NCBI GenBank assembly: GCA_951406725.2
Contig: OX597824.1
Span: 29,326,001-29,390,000, forward strand
Length of the DNA stretch: 64,000 nucleotides
Reading direction: 5' to 3'
Source of the DNA: Octopus vulgaris
Lineage: Eukaryota
Shown here piece after piece: positions 1 through 12,852 of the stretch. The translations under genes and the position numbers were made by a program. The notes beneath the pieces were generated by a model that saw only the letters and a program-made list of their open reading frames with translations, was not told the origin of the DNA and searched no databases. The stretch's first letter is position 1. The number at the start of each line of letters is the position of its first letter.

Positions 1-240
1 GAAATTTAAGAAAGTTGTAAATGTATATGCGTGTGTATGTGTGTATGTGTGTGTGTGTGTGTATGGCAATGTTTAAGTATGTATGGTTATGTGTGTCTAT
101 GTATGCCTACATATGATTATGTATGTGTTTATGTGTATTTGTCTGAGTGTATGGTGTGTATAGATTTGTAAATATCTATCTAAACTATCGAATTTATATA
201 TATATGAAGTTCCTGCAATCTACGGATTATATATATATAC

Positions 241-281
<41 letters not shown>

Positions 282-621
282 GAAGGTTTGGAGATGATGT
301 ACAGGTATTATATATTAGAAAATTGAGGTAATCAGATCAGATGGTTCATATTTGTAGATATTTATTTATATATTACATTTTTACATATATATCATATCAT
401 TTGGATTAGCGCTTGCTCCCATTCTAGTGGGTTTTCAAATATATATATATATATATATGACAACCGATGCTAGTGTGTTTACGACCCCGTAACCTAGCGG
501 TTCGACAAAAGAGACCGATAGAATAAGTACTAGGTTTACAAAGAAGTCCTCGAGTCAATTTGTTCGACTAAATGCTGTGCTCCAGCATAGCTGCAGTCAA
601 AAGCCTGAAACATGTAAAAGA

Positions 622-658
<37 letters not shown>

Positions 659-1375
659 TATATCTATGTATGTATATTTATCGTTGACTCATTTCACTGA
701 TCAAACCGCGGCCATGCTGGGGCATTGGCTTGAGGAATTTTTGTCAAACGAATCGATCCTACTGCTTATTCTTTTAAACCCGGTCACTTATTTTATCCGA
801 TCCTTTTGCCGAACCGCCAAATTATGGGGACGTATTATAGGCCATTATTTTCCGAGTGTTTATATTATATATTTTCAATGATAAAAATATGTAAACACAC
901 ACACATTTATGTATGTGTGCATATGTACACACACTCCACCACAAATAAACATCACCTCCACCACACACACACACACACACACACGTAATGAAAAGTATGA
1001 AACATCGAAACATTTCTGCATATCTTTTATCCTTTACTTGTTTCTGTCATTAAACTGCGGCCATGCTGGAGCACCACTTTCGAGAATTTTTAGTCGAATG
1101 AATCGATCGCAGTATTTTTTTTTTTTTTTTTTTTTGAAGGCTAGTATAACAAAGAAGCTTCTTTCATTTTCCGCCAACTAAATCCACTCACAAGACTTGG
1201 TCAGCCCGAAACTATAGTAGAAAGCATTTCCCAAGTTAGCATGCAGTGGGACTGAACTCGGAATCATGCTTGGAATCAAGATTCGTACCGCACAGCCAGG
1301 TAAAACAATAATCTATATATATATATATGTTTTACCTGGCTGTGCGGTACGAATCTTGATATATATATATATATA

Positions 1376-1418
<43 letters not shown>

Positions 1419-1425
1419 TAAATTA

Positions 1426-1596
1426 GGCGCAGGAGTGGCTGTGTGGTAAGTAGCTTGCTAACCAACCACATGGTTCCGGGTTCAGTCCCACTGCGTGGCA
1501 TCTTGGGCAAGTGTCTTCTGCTATAGCCCCGGGCCGACCAATGCCTTGTGAGTGGATTTGGATGACGGAACCTGAAAGAAGCCTGTCGTATATATG

Positions 1597-1631
<35 letters not shown>

Positions 1632-1850
1632 TTGTGTGTCTGTGTTTGTCCCCCTAGCATTGCTTGACAACCGATGCTGGTGTGTTTACGTCCCCGTCAC
1701 TTAGCGGTTTGACAAAAGAGGCCGATAGAATAAGTACTGGGCTTACAAAGAATAAATCCCAGGGTCGATTTGCTCGACTAAAGGCGGTGCTCCAGCATGG
1801 CCGCAGTCAAATGACTGAAACAAGTAAAAGAGTAAAAGAGAGTAAGAGTA
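1426..1850 (+). mobile_element. tRNA-derived SINE, family A (full length, internal TA/TG microsatellite)
   Basis: Head GGCGCAGGAGTGGCTGTGTGGTAAG (A-box-like) and GGTTCAGTCCC (B-box-like); body CTTGGGCAAGTGTCTTCT; internal (TA)n(TG)n; tail CCAGCATGGCCGCAGTCAAATGACTGAAAC-(AGTAAAAG)n. More than 20 full or partial homologues in the window. Confidence 0.92.
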
Positions 1851-1853
1851 ATC

Positions 1854-2289
1854 TATGTACTAGATTTCATTTTTGGATTTGGTTTGCAAGATTCTTTATG
1901 TGAGTTCCTGCGTTGAAACATATTCTGTTGTGTCTGGGGAGAGTCATTTTCTTTTTGTGCCTTATAGTTTAACACACTCACCGGTAACATTTCCAATTAT
2001 CTATTATTTTTATTTTCCTAAAATTTCCGTTGCGTCTTGCAACCTTTTGAATAGTCTTGACTCTGTCCGTTATTTACACTGCGTTCCTTTTTGTTTGTTT
2101 GTGCGCGTGTGTGTGGGTGAGTGCGTTTTTATTTTTATTGTGTATAAGCAAAAGTGCGATTTCATGTGAATATAAGATCGACAAGCAAGGCAAATGGCTG
2201 TTTCATAATTCTGTCGTTGGTAAGAAATAAGTGGAAATTTTACCGATGAGTGTGTTAAAATATAAGGCACAAAAGAATATGTACTAGAT
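1854..2289. repeat. Interspersed repeat with internal ~50 bp inverted repeat, flanked by a 12 bp direct repeat (possible Penelope-type remnant)
   Basis: 1952-2000 is the imperfect reverse complement of 2226-2276; TATGTACTAGAT occurs at 1854-1865 and 2278-2289; 1866-1950 recurs inverted at ~20222-20310 and ~31171-31260. Confidence 0.6.
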
Positions 2290-2480
2290 GTTATTACTAA
2301 ATATTTAATACACTAATACATTACAGTAAGCAATTTATTTCACAGATAATCACAATCACAAGGCACACTCTTATGTATATAGCAAGAGGTTACAGGGATG
2401 GTGTATAAGTAAGATTCCGTCTCTAAATATAAGATGGACCAGCAACGTTAATGCCTCTTTCTGTCGTTGGTAAGGTGAAT

Positions 2481-2543
<63 letters not shown>

Positions 2544-3230
2544 ATATGATAAAATTATTCAATGTATGATGTATATAGAAACACACACACATGCATGCAT
2601 TTATGCATTTATGCAAGTATGGATGCGCGTATATATTCACACACATATATGTACGTACGTATGTATGTAGGTTTATGCATATGTCCGTTATAGAATGAGT
2701 CAGCGTTTATATTGAGTACAAAAACGCCTGCATATATGTAATCTGTAATATAAACTTCGACCAAATATGTAGATATAACGCATGTATATAAATATGTATG
2801 AATTTGTAAATATATAATTCATCATACATAGATAATATATGTTTGTGTGTCTATGTTTATACATACATATATATAATTGTGCGTGTGTATGTAAATGTAT
2901 GTGTGAGCGTGTGAGCGCGCGTGTTACATGTGCGTGTGTGTGTGCATGTGACCTAATTATGTAAAAATATGCATTCATACACCAAGGCAGCCATACATAC
3001 ATGCATGATTTGCTGCATACATATACCTATATACACATACATATACACACATATATTACCGATATATATATATATATATATATAGATAGATAGATAGATA
3101 TACCTGTGTGTGTGTATGTATGCATGTATAATTATACATATATTCACATACACGCATAATATTAATATGCCCATGTATATTCATATATACGTGTGTATAT
3201 CCATGTATATGTATATATGTGCGCATAGAT

Positions 3231-3303
<73 letters not shown>

Positions 3304-3371
3304 CATTTATATAGAGATTATATACATATACATATGTATATATATACATATATATATATATATGTGTGTGT

Positions 3372-3412
<41 letters not shown>

Positions 3413-3414
3413 TG

Positions 3415-3504
3415 TGTAACGTAATAGTTTAGAAAAACTGAAGAGATGTCTCGTTCAGGCTAGATATGAAACAAATGGGGTTTTTTCTAAACTATTACGT
3501 TACA
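3415..3504 (+). ncRNA. Degenerate type I hammerhead-ribozyme-like hairpin
   Basis: Perfect 23 bp inverted repeat (3415-3437 / 3482-3504) enclosing CTGAAGA (3438-3444), stem ATGTCT/AGATAT, GAAAC (3468-3472) and GTT (3480-3482). The C normally preceding GAAA is absent. Confidence 0.45.
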
Positions 3505-3937
3505 TATACAAAGATAAACAACTGCTTTATATTTAATAGGGTATTCTCTTCTCCTGATTCAGGATATTGTAACGAAGATATGAATATATATAGGAAGTAG
3601 ATAATAACTATTTTAAAGTAATTATTAAATACATACGATTGAAAGCCTAGAAGACGAGAAGTGGAGAATAACAACCCTAGTGAAATGGGAAGCCATTGTA
3701 ATTTTAGCCACACTTCATGACAAACTAATTACATGATAATAAACTCAGTCACAACAGTGCAAGCAATATATTTTAAAGTATTTAAACAAGTTTAGTAAGG
3801 TAAGGTAAATGAGCGCCGATACTGGATGAATAGTTACGAAATTAGCTCATGTTTTATAGGTATTAGTGTTAAGTCTTGTGATAAATTTGTGGTTATTGAA
3901 GTAGTGGGTTTGTAGCCATCGATATCGTGATACTTAC

Positions 3938-4104
3938 GTGATACTATACAATGTTATATTGGTCACCTGCAGATAGGTCATCACTGATGAAATAGGCATT
4001 CGGGTAATCGTACATGCATGTAAATCCCTACATTCTGACAGAGATGACATATGTGATCTTAGACGGTCTATAGATTCTATGACTTTGTAAACTTCTTTCG
4101 CCAT
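3938..4104 (-). CDS. Candidate first coding exon of an unidentified host gene (MAKEVYKVIESIDRLRSHMSSLSECRDLHACTITRMPISSVMTYLQVTNITLYSI-T, phase 2)
   Basis: Minus strand: AAAATGG start context at 4104, 55 open codons plus 2 nt in non-repetitive sequence, then canonical donor AC|GTAAGTA (3937-3931). Upstream acceptor TATCTCAG| at 4149 with an in-frame TGA before the ATG. It is under 60 aa, so absent from the ORF track. Confidence 0.55.
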
Positions 4105-4712
4105 TTTATTATTTTGTTCCGAGGCGTTGGATTAGCTATATCACAGAACTGAGATAGTAACAAGATACACATCTTCAGCAAAACGATATTACAACCGTTT
4201 TTAACAACACATAACTTTAAATTACTGTAACTAGTAGCATAACATTTTAGATGTATCACTAGACTAGTTTCCATTAACGACAAGCAGTTTCATAAAGCAA
4301 ACGAAAATTTCAGATACATAGAAAAGCAATACTACCTCTCGTCATTAAAATTCTTGTGTCTAATATTAGTATAACAATTTCTAACATTTCCTCTCTTAAA
4401 GAGATTTTCGATTGGGTGCTTACTTACTACAAAGGGACCAGGAGGATTGCAGCTTCAAAGAAAATATCTCACATTCATAATCAACGAATAGACCCAGAAA
4501 TGTGATAAAGTTCTCTCCTTTCTTATATAGGAAAAAAACATTCCGGTGTCTCCGAAATAAAAGTTCATTAAAATTAATAGGTGCAGAGAAATCTTTACCA
4601 ACCGTTCCTTGAAAGTAAGCTACATAATTTAGTGCTTGAAAATCTGTATTGGAAACTATTTTTTGTTGTTTTTGTGTTTTTATTTTCTGGAGGATTGTCT
4701 GTCCCTGTCTAC

Positions 4713-4860
4713 CAGTGGTTCTCAACCATTTTTTACTTATGAACCGCTTTGATTCAAAATTAATTATCGCCACTGAACTTTCATAGACATTTGATATAAA
4801 AATTTATTAAAATCTTATATGGACACACCAGGGTCATATGGATCGTGGTTGGGAACCGCA
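4713..4860. mobile_element. hAT/Charlie-like MITE (degenerate)
   Basis: Left terminus CAGTGGTTCTCAACC and right terminus GGTTGGGAACCGCA form an imperfect TIR of the Charlie/MER5 type. Confidence 0.65.
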
Positions 4861-5344
4861 AGCTCTTTAACTTAATTCATATGAAAGAATACATCTTCTC
4901 TTTTACTGAACAAATCAATCTAATTTCGACTAGTTTCGGCCTTCCATATATTGCATATATTAAATTTTGAGTGTATATTTAGAGTTGAATTGTTGATGTG
5001 TCTACGACGTTCCAGTGATCTGATGAGCTAGCTTACTTTATTTGCATTTGTGAATATAATATTGCATTATATAATGCTGAGCATACATATCAATGTAAAC
5101 ATGTACGCATAATTTATTTCATACTGAAAATAATACCACATAATGTAGGCGGCCAAACGAATTTATGGTTTAAATACTCCTCATGAAATATCTTCGTGGA
5201 TCGGATCTTCTGGATGTTACGTTATGTGGACGCTCTACATTAAGCCTTTTTGTAATTGATTATTATGATAAATGGTAGTTGCAAGAGGACCTTTCCGTGA
5301 TAGACACTCGATTCTCTGAATCCATATCTTGTACTTTTTCTTTT

Positions 5345-5746
5345 TTCTTTTTCTTTTTTACTTGTTTCAGTCATTTCACTGCGGCCATGCTGGAGCACCG
5401 CCTTTAGTCGAGCAAATCGACCCCGGGACTTATTCTTTGCAAGCCCAGTACTTATTCTATCGGTCTCTTTTGCCGAACCGCTAAGTGACGGGGACGTAAA
5501 CACACCAGCATCGGTTGTCAATCAATGCTAGGGGGACAAACACAGACACACAAACACACACATATATATATATATATACATATATACGACAGGCTTCTTT
5601 CAGTTTCCGTCCACCAAATCCACTCACAAGGCATTGGTCGGCCCGGGGCTATAGCAGAAGACACTTGCCCAAGATGCCACGCAGTGGGACTGAACCCGGA
5701 ACCATGTGGTTGGTTAGCAAGCTACTTACCACATAGCCACTCCTAC
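5345..5746 (-). mobile_element. SINE family A, full length
   Basis: Reverse complement of 1426-1850 at high identity. Confidence 0.92.
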
Positions 5747-5785
5747 TACTCATTCATACATACATAATGCATACATACATACTGA

Positions 5786-5834
<49 letters not shown>

Positions 5835-6020
5835 CAAATAAGAACATGGAGAAACAATTTAGTTGGTTCATTAGCTTTCGGATATTAAAAAGTTAAATTT
5901 ATTCATTTAACAAAAACGAGAAGCATAATAACATATATATACATTACAATTCAATACATATAAGATAAGAATACAATTATAAAAATCTTAATATAAGTTA
6001 CTGAAATCATTAAAATCACT

Positions 6021-6066
<46 letters not shown>

Positions 6067-6108
6067 GAAGTACATGCATATATATATGTATATACGTATA
6101 TATATATG

Positions 6109-6141
<33 letters not shown>

Positions 6142-6158
6142 TGTGTTTACATGTACTT

Positions 6159-6273
<115 letters not shown>

Positions 6274-7803
6274 ATTTCAATACGGAGCAAATAATTCAGG
6301 AGGAAATATTTGCGTAGATATCATTGACTCTTTTACTATCTAGTGTAACAATTTTAAAATGATGATAACAGAATCAATAATACAGGCGATGGCAGCCCCT
6401 CTCCCAAAAGCTTTAATTTTTAGTCTTTCAGCTATATGTGTGTGTACACACACACACACACACACACACATACACACACACATGTATGTATATATATATT
6501 TTACTTGTTTCAGCCATTAGACTGCTGCGATGCTGGGGCACGGACTTGAAGATTATTAAACAAACGAATGGTCGCCAGTACTTATTTTGTTTTAAATTTG
6601 GTATTTATTCTATTCATTTTGTCTGCCGAACTGTTTTGTTACTGGGAAGTAGTACAGTACATTCTATTCCGAGTGTCTGTATTATATATTTTCAATACGA
6701 AAAGCAGAAAATTCTGTACATTTACAAGAATTGTTTTGATTTATTTTTTACGGTAATGTTTGATTTTTATGGGCATTCTAAAGGAATTTTGGAAACGTGT
6801 TCTGGCTTAACTTCCATGGGAATGGCCCAACAGAAATAGTAAATTGATCTTTGGAAGGATTGTCGAGAAAGTTCATAAAAAGTTCACATTATCTTTTACT
6901 TTCTCATCTTGTCTTTATTTCAGATTTTGGACTACGGCCATGCTATGTCACCGATTGAAAGATTTTAGTCATACAAAACGATGCCAACGCTTGATTTTTT
7001 AAGCCTATTGCTTACTCTATCGGTCTCTCTTGCCGAACTACTGCTAAGTTAATTGGACACACACACACACACATCCCTCCACATATATATGCGTAAGGCG
7101 GGTTTCGTTCATTTTCCGTCAACCAAATGCACTTACAAGGCTTTGGCTGGCCCACGGCTATAGTAGAAGACATTTGCCAAAGGTGCAGCGCATTGGGAGT
7201 GAACCCAGAATCATACCATTTGTTTCGGAAGCAAGCTTCTTAACCATATGCCCACGGTTTTGCCTTTTCATTCATTCATTCGCTCATTCATTGATTCCTA
7301 ATGAAAACAAAATACAATAAAATGATAGCAATACATACTATAGTTTATAACACGTCCTTTTGTTAAATGGATTATTTACTAAGTCGCATCAAGCTTTGTT
7401 TTTCAGCTAAAGTCACGTGGCAGTATGATTTTCCTGTGTGCAACACAATGAAGATGTCAGCCAAACGTTCCAAACATTCAACGCACGCCCTAATACTTTA
7501 TCAACAGATTGTGTTTGTAATATAAAATCCTCCTATTTGCCGCCGACTAATTAAGGCCTGCTGTTAATTCTGCCAATATCAATTTTATCATAATCCACAT
7601 CTCAATTAGTCATACCATCACACTTCCTTCGACTGAAACTAATCTACAAAATAAACTTCGCCATCTTTTCTTTTGAAATTCCATGCACAGCTACTTAAGA
7701 AGCTAAGCTGCTTGCGTTGCAGTGCCTATAAACTTATATATACACATATATACATATTTATTTATTTATATATTCATGTAACACACACAAACATATATAT
7801 ATG

Positions 7804-7876
<73 letters not shown>

Positions 7877-7883
7877 TTACATG

Positions 7884-8045
7884 GTCGCAGGCGTAGCTGT
7901 GTGGTAAGAAACTTGCTTCCTGACCACATAGTTCCGGGATCATTCTCACTGTGTGGCACTTTGGGCACGTGTCTTCTACTATAGCTTCGTGCCGATTAAA
8001 GTCTTGTGAGTGGATTTGGTAGAGGAAAACTGAAATGAACTCGTC

Positions 8046-8085
<40 letters not shown>

Positions 8086-9159
8086 GAGGTGTAGTGAGAA
8101 AGTGTCCGACCTTGATTTTTTCATGCATAAAATAATGTGTGTGCAAAGTCCGCATGGGTATTAGGTGGCCGCATCCTTCCTGAACATCCGCAAAAAAACT
8201 TTCGTGTCTGAAGGTTGCGCCCGCAGTGACGCGTTGAGTGCAAACGTGAAGAGTGTGGTGTGCGATTTTTCTTTTTGAGTTAAGATGCTTGAGCGTATTC
8301 AACAAAGACGCTATATCAAATTCTGCCAAAAACTTGCTGATATGCAAGCTCAGACTTTCGAGAAGATTCAGATGGCTTTCGGAGATGATGCTAAATAAAG
8401 CAGTGGTACAACCGGTTCAAAGACGGCCGCACCTCAGTGAACAGTGAATCACGTTGTGGCCAGACAATTAACAAAGAATACTATCTGGAGGTTCTTCGTC
8501 ACCTTTGTGAATCTGTGCGGTGAAAACGAGCCGATCTGTGGGCAGCAAAGAACTGACAACACCATGAAAATGCACCTGTCTATTCCGCCCACGTCATCCA
8601 AGCATTCCTCGTCAAGGAAACCATACCACTTCTTCGTCAGGCTTCCTACTCCCCGGACTTGGCTCCGTGTGACTTTTAGCTATTCCCAAAGCACAAAAAA
8701 AAAAAACATTCAAAGGAAAGATTTGAGTCAACAGAGGATATTAAGCAAAATTCGACGGGACATTTCTACAGTATCCAAAAAAATTATATCTAGAAATGTT
8801 TCCAGTAGTGGCAGAAACGCTGACAGAAGTGTGTAGACTCCCAAGGCGGATACTATGAAGGGGATTAAATCAATATGGTGATATTTTTTAATATTACTTG
8901 TTTTTTTGGCCAAAGGTCGGATAATTTTTTGACTACACCACGTATATGTATTTGTGTGTGTGTGTGTTTGTCTGTGTTTGTCCCCCTCACCATCGCTTGA
9001 CAACCGATGTGGGTGCGTTTAATTTTTAGGGATTCAGCAAAAGAAACCAATAAAATAAGTACTATGTTTACAAAGAAGTCCTGGTGTCGATTTCTTCGAT
9101 TAAATCCCTTTAAGGTGGTGCTCCAGCATGGCCGCAGTTAAATGGCTGAAAAAAGTAAA

Positions 9160-9160
<1 letters not shown>
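7884..9160 (+). mobile_element. SINE family A interrupted by a mariner insertion
   Basis: Head/body at 7884-8048, then (TA)n, mariner at 8085-8942, and the SINE 3' half resumes at 8943-9160. Confidence 0.85.
8085..8942 (+). mobile_element. Internally deleted mariner transposon (transposase pseudogene)
   Basis: TA-flanked ~30 bp TIRs (CGAGGTGTAGTGAGAAAGTGTCCGACCTT / AAGGTCGGATAATTTTTTGACTACACCACG); residual frames ERIQQRRYIKFCQKLADMQAQTFEKIQMAFGDDA, HHENAP and PYSPDLAPCDF*LFPK. Confidence 0.9.
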
Positions 9161-9216
<56 letters not shown>

Positions 9217-9904
9217 CAAAAATGGGACAACAACTCAAAGCATCCAGACTGTTAGGTGAAACAAAAAAGAGACAACAAAATATCCAGACAAACAATACAA
9301 GGAAAACAAGGACGGATCTTTCGGAGTTTTCTATTCTCAGTCGAGTTCCATGTTATCTTTGCAATTTCGGCTGGTTACACACGAGATTGCTCCAACCTGG
9401 CCATCCCCAAGGAAAAAATAAGCTAAAGGAAGAAAGCACCGAATGTATACGAAAACAAGGACAGAAAAAAAAGAGAAATGTTACACAAATACAAATAACA
9501 GAATATAACAACAGGTGTCTTTCGACTACGAACAAATTAAATTAACCTGGCGTGTGTGGAAGTAAAGCCTTACGGCAGGGACATAGGATTTAACACGTAC
9601 AGGAAGGAATATAGATGTTGCACGGACAGTATTTCAACCAAGAAAGAAAGGTCAGGCCTGGCCGAACACCGGTAACGTGGTGAGAGAAGAGAGAGTGAAG
9701 TAGCGACAGAGGAATAGAAGAATTAAGGAGAGGCTAGAGAAAAATGAAAGTGACACAGTGAATTGAAAGAAGGAAAGTGAGCATGAAGAGAAGGCGTGGA
9801 AATGTGATAGAGGAGGAACGAAAGAACGAAGAGTGGAATGAACGAAGTGTGAAAGGGCTGATAGAAAGAAGGAAAGAATGAAAGGTTTTATGTCGGTGCT
9901 ATCC

Positions 9905-10245
9905 CAGTTACCTGAGTTACCTTCTCCTAGAAGGATGCCCTAACAAAGGCTAGGAGTCCTTCACTCCCAATGGCTTAACCGTGCGATCGAGTATTCAGTC
10001 CGATTATTTCTATGTCCTCGCGCATGATACATTCTTAAGACATTTATAGGATGGCTGTTGACTCTCAAGAGTTCCTTCGCCCTTTAACGGAGTTTGTTTT
10101 TCATCCCGCAGGGTGTCCAATAAAAACCCCTTCTCACCAAGCAACCTTGGTGGGGTTGCCGGTTTAGTCGCCGACGACCCGACCATGCAACTGGTTGTAC
10201 TGGGTTACATGTGATCAGTAGCACTCGAAAGTGACCTGACACTAG
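9905..10245 (-). mobile_element. Probable RTE-type LINE 5' UTR fragment
   Basis: Minus strand contains GACTCCTAGCCTTTGTTAGGGCATCCTTCTAGGAGAAGGTAACTC, resembling the AGCCTTGG...CTAGGAGAAGG motif of RTE-clade 5' UTRs; GC-rich relative to its flanks; no ORF follows. Confidence 0.5.
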
Positions 10246-10279
10246 TGTATTTATATACACACACACACACGCGCGCGCG

Positions 10280-10352
<73 letters not shown>

Positions 10353-10382
10353 TATTTAAAAGCAGCAGAAATATAACAAAAG

Positions 10383-10420
10383 CTGTTACTCAGGGTTTCA
10401 CGTTCCCGTTTTTCGGACAG
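10383..10420 (-). ncRNA. Decayed minimal type I hammerhead motif (copy 1)
   Basis: Minus strand reads CTGT-CCGAAAA-ACG(GGAA)CGT-GAAA-C-CCTGA-G-TA-ACAG: stems I, II (GNRA loop) and III intact, core deviates at U4 and G8. Confidence 0.5.
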
Positions 10421-10973
10421 TTTTATTAAAATAGTACAGAAATAACGATACATCATACAACACAAAGAAGATCAGCGTAAAACTTTAAATAATTAAATCA
10501 AAGGACATCAAAGTGGAGACCCTGAGGAAACTGCACAAGTATAATAGTAAGGTAGCGATTGGAACGGTTACTAATCGTTGTAGTAGAAACATGTGTAGGT
10601 ATATTTGAAGCTGTATACATATAAAAAAAGAATTTAAGGTAATGCTAATGCTACTTCATAAAAATCCTTGTTATCATTATTATTGTTGTTGCTGTTGCAG
10701 TTGTTGCTGTTCTTGAGTTGTTGTTGATATTAAATATTCCAGGAAATCTAAAAGGTTAAGGTAATATATTTAGAATTATCCAACGGAATATAACTAGATT
10801 TTTATCGTATGAGAATTATTACTGAATTTATATACTAAGCATTGAATAGCATATTTTGAATACCTACATGTGAGCAAACCGGTAAACGTTTGGAGAAATA
10901 ACTTATCAATTACCAATATATATATATATATACACCTAGATTCCCTGTGATTTTGCATGCTAAAGTGTTGGTC

Positions 10974-11021
<48 letters not shown>

Positions 11022-11082
11022 TAGATAGATAGACAGATATTATCTATGTATATATGTAAAATAGATAATATCTATCCATCTC

Positions 11083-11168
<86 letters not shown>

Positions 11169-11179
11169 ATATATATGTA

Positions 11180-11229
<50 letters not shown>

Positions 11230-11296
11230 TATATATACATAAATATATACATATATATATATTTATATATATCTTTATACATACAAATATATACAT

Positions 11297-11360
<64 letters not shown>

Positions 11361-11381
11361 GTATGTATGATGTATATATAT

Positions 11382-11428
<47 letters not shown>

Positions 11429-11970
11429 GGAGAGAAAGATAAATAGATAGATGGATAGGTACGTTAATAAAAACATATGTAGATATACATATACTTATTA
11501 ACATGTGTGTGTGTCTGTGTCTGTGTGTGTATATGTGTGTATGTGTTAATAAATATTTCTGTTGGCGGCGATGGTGACTCTGAAGATATTCGTAATGGCT
11601 TTGATGGTGATGGTGATAGCGGAACAACGCACAGTAACGATTGCGATGATGGCGGCAGTAGAGAAGTTCGATTCTGCGATCTTTGATGCTGTTGTACTTT
11701 CAGATATCACAAGCATTATAATGGTCTATAATTCATTCAGACTTCTTAAGCAATTGTTGAAACCTCAATAATGTTTACAATTAGCTCAAAGATTAGCGAA
11801 AGGTTTTCAAACGAACAATGACTTCAGAGGCTTGGAGTATTGCCCTGGGTCCTAGCCTACGGCATATAGCCCCTGTAGCCTGTGTCAGTCACTTTGTGAC
11901 TCAGTGACGCGTTTGGATTGGGCAAGGATTCAACAGGATCCCTGTGGTTTTTGCATGCTAAAGAGTTTGT

Positions 11971-12018
<48 letters not shown>

Positions 12019-12188
12019 GATATAGAGAGAGAGATAGAGAGAGGGATAAAGAGATAGAGAGAGAGAGAGCTAGCTAGCTAGATAGACAGATAGACAGACA
12101 GACAAATACTGACAGATACCTCGAAGATATGTTTGTACATTTATGCGCATACAGACAAATTTATATTTACATCTGCATATATACATGT

Positions 12189-12241
<53 letters not shown>

Positions 12242-12256
12242 GTGTGTGTGTGTATG

Positions 12257-12302
<46 letters not shown>

Positions 12303-12852
12303 TAGATAGATTGATATACATATACATATACATATATTTATATATATATACATACATACATATATGCATGAATATATACATGTATGTATATATATGTGTG
12401 TGTATATGTATATATCTATGTATGTAAGTATGTATACATAGGATACACATGTATTTGGTTATTTATGTACATGCATACATTTTGAATATATTTCCAAGCA
12501 TACATACATATTCATAATTACATATACACATACCTACATTGTATATATTTTATAACTATATTTAATATATATTTATGAATGTCGATGGATGGATAGGTCG
12601 ATAATATCGACGCAAAATCTATTAAATTACCTTAAAGCTGTTTACTGTATTCTCCACAAACATGTAAATTGAAAGCATTGCAAATAATTTTTATGCTGGG
12701 AGTAAAATGAGCGTTTAAGAGGCAATGGGACACACTGGGATAGGCGCATAATGCCCTATTTGAAACACATTTTCCCTGTACGACCAGATTTAATATTTAT
12801 GTATTTATGTATATTTTCTTGAGTGTGTGTGTGGTGTATGAATATGTATGGA

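Noticed and set aside
11562-11771. 69 aa ORF with a signal-peptide-like start
   Set aside because: It derives from degenerate GAT/GGT repeats and has no exon structure support.
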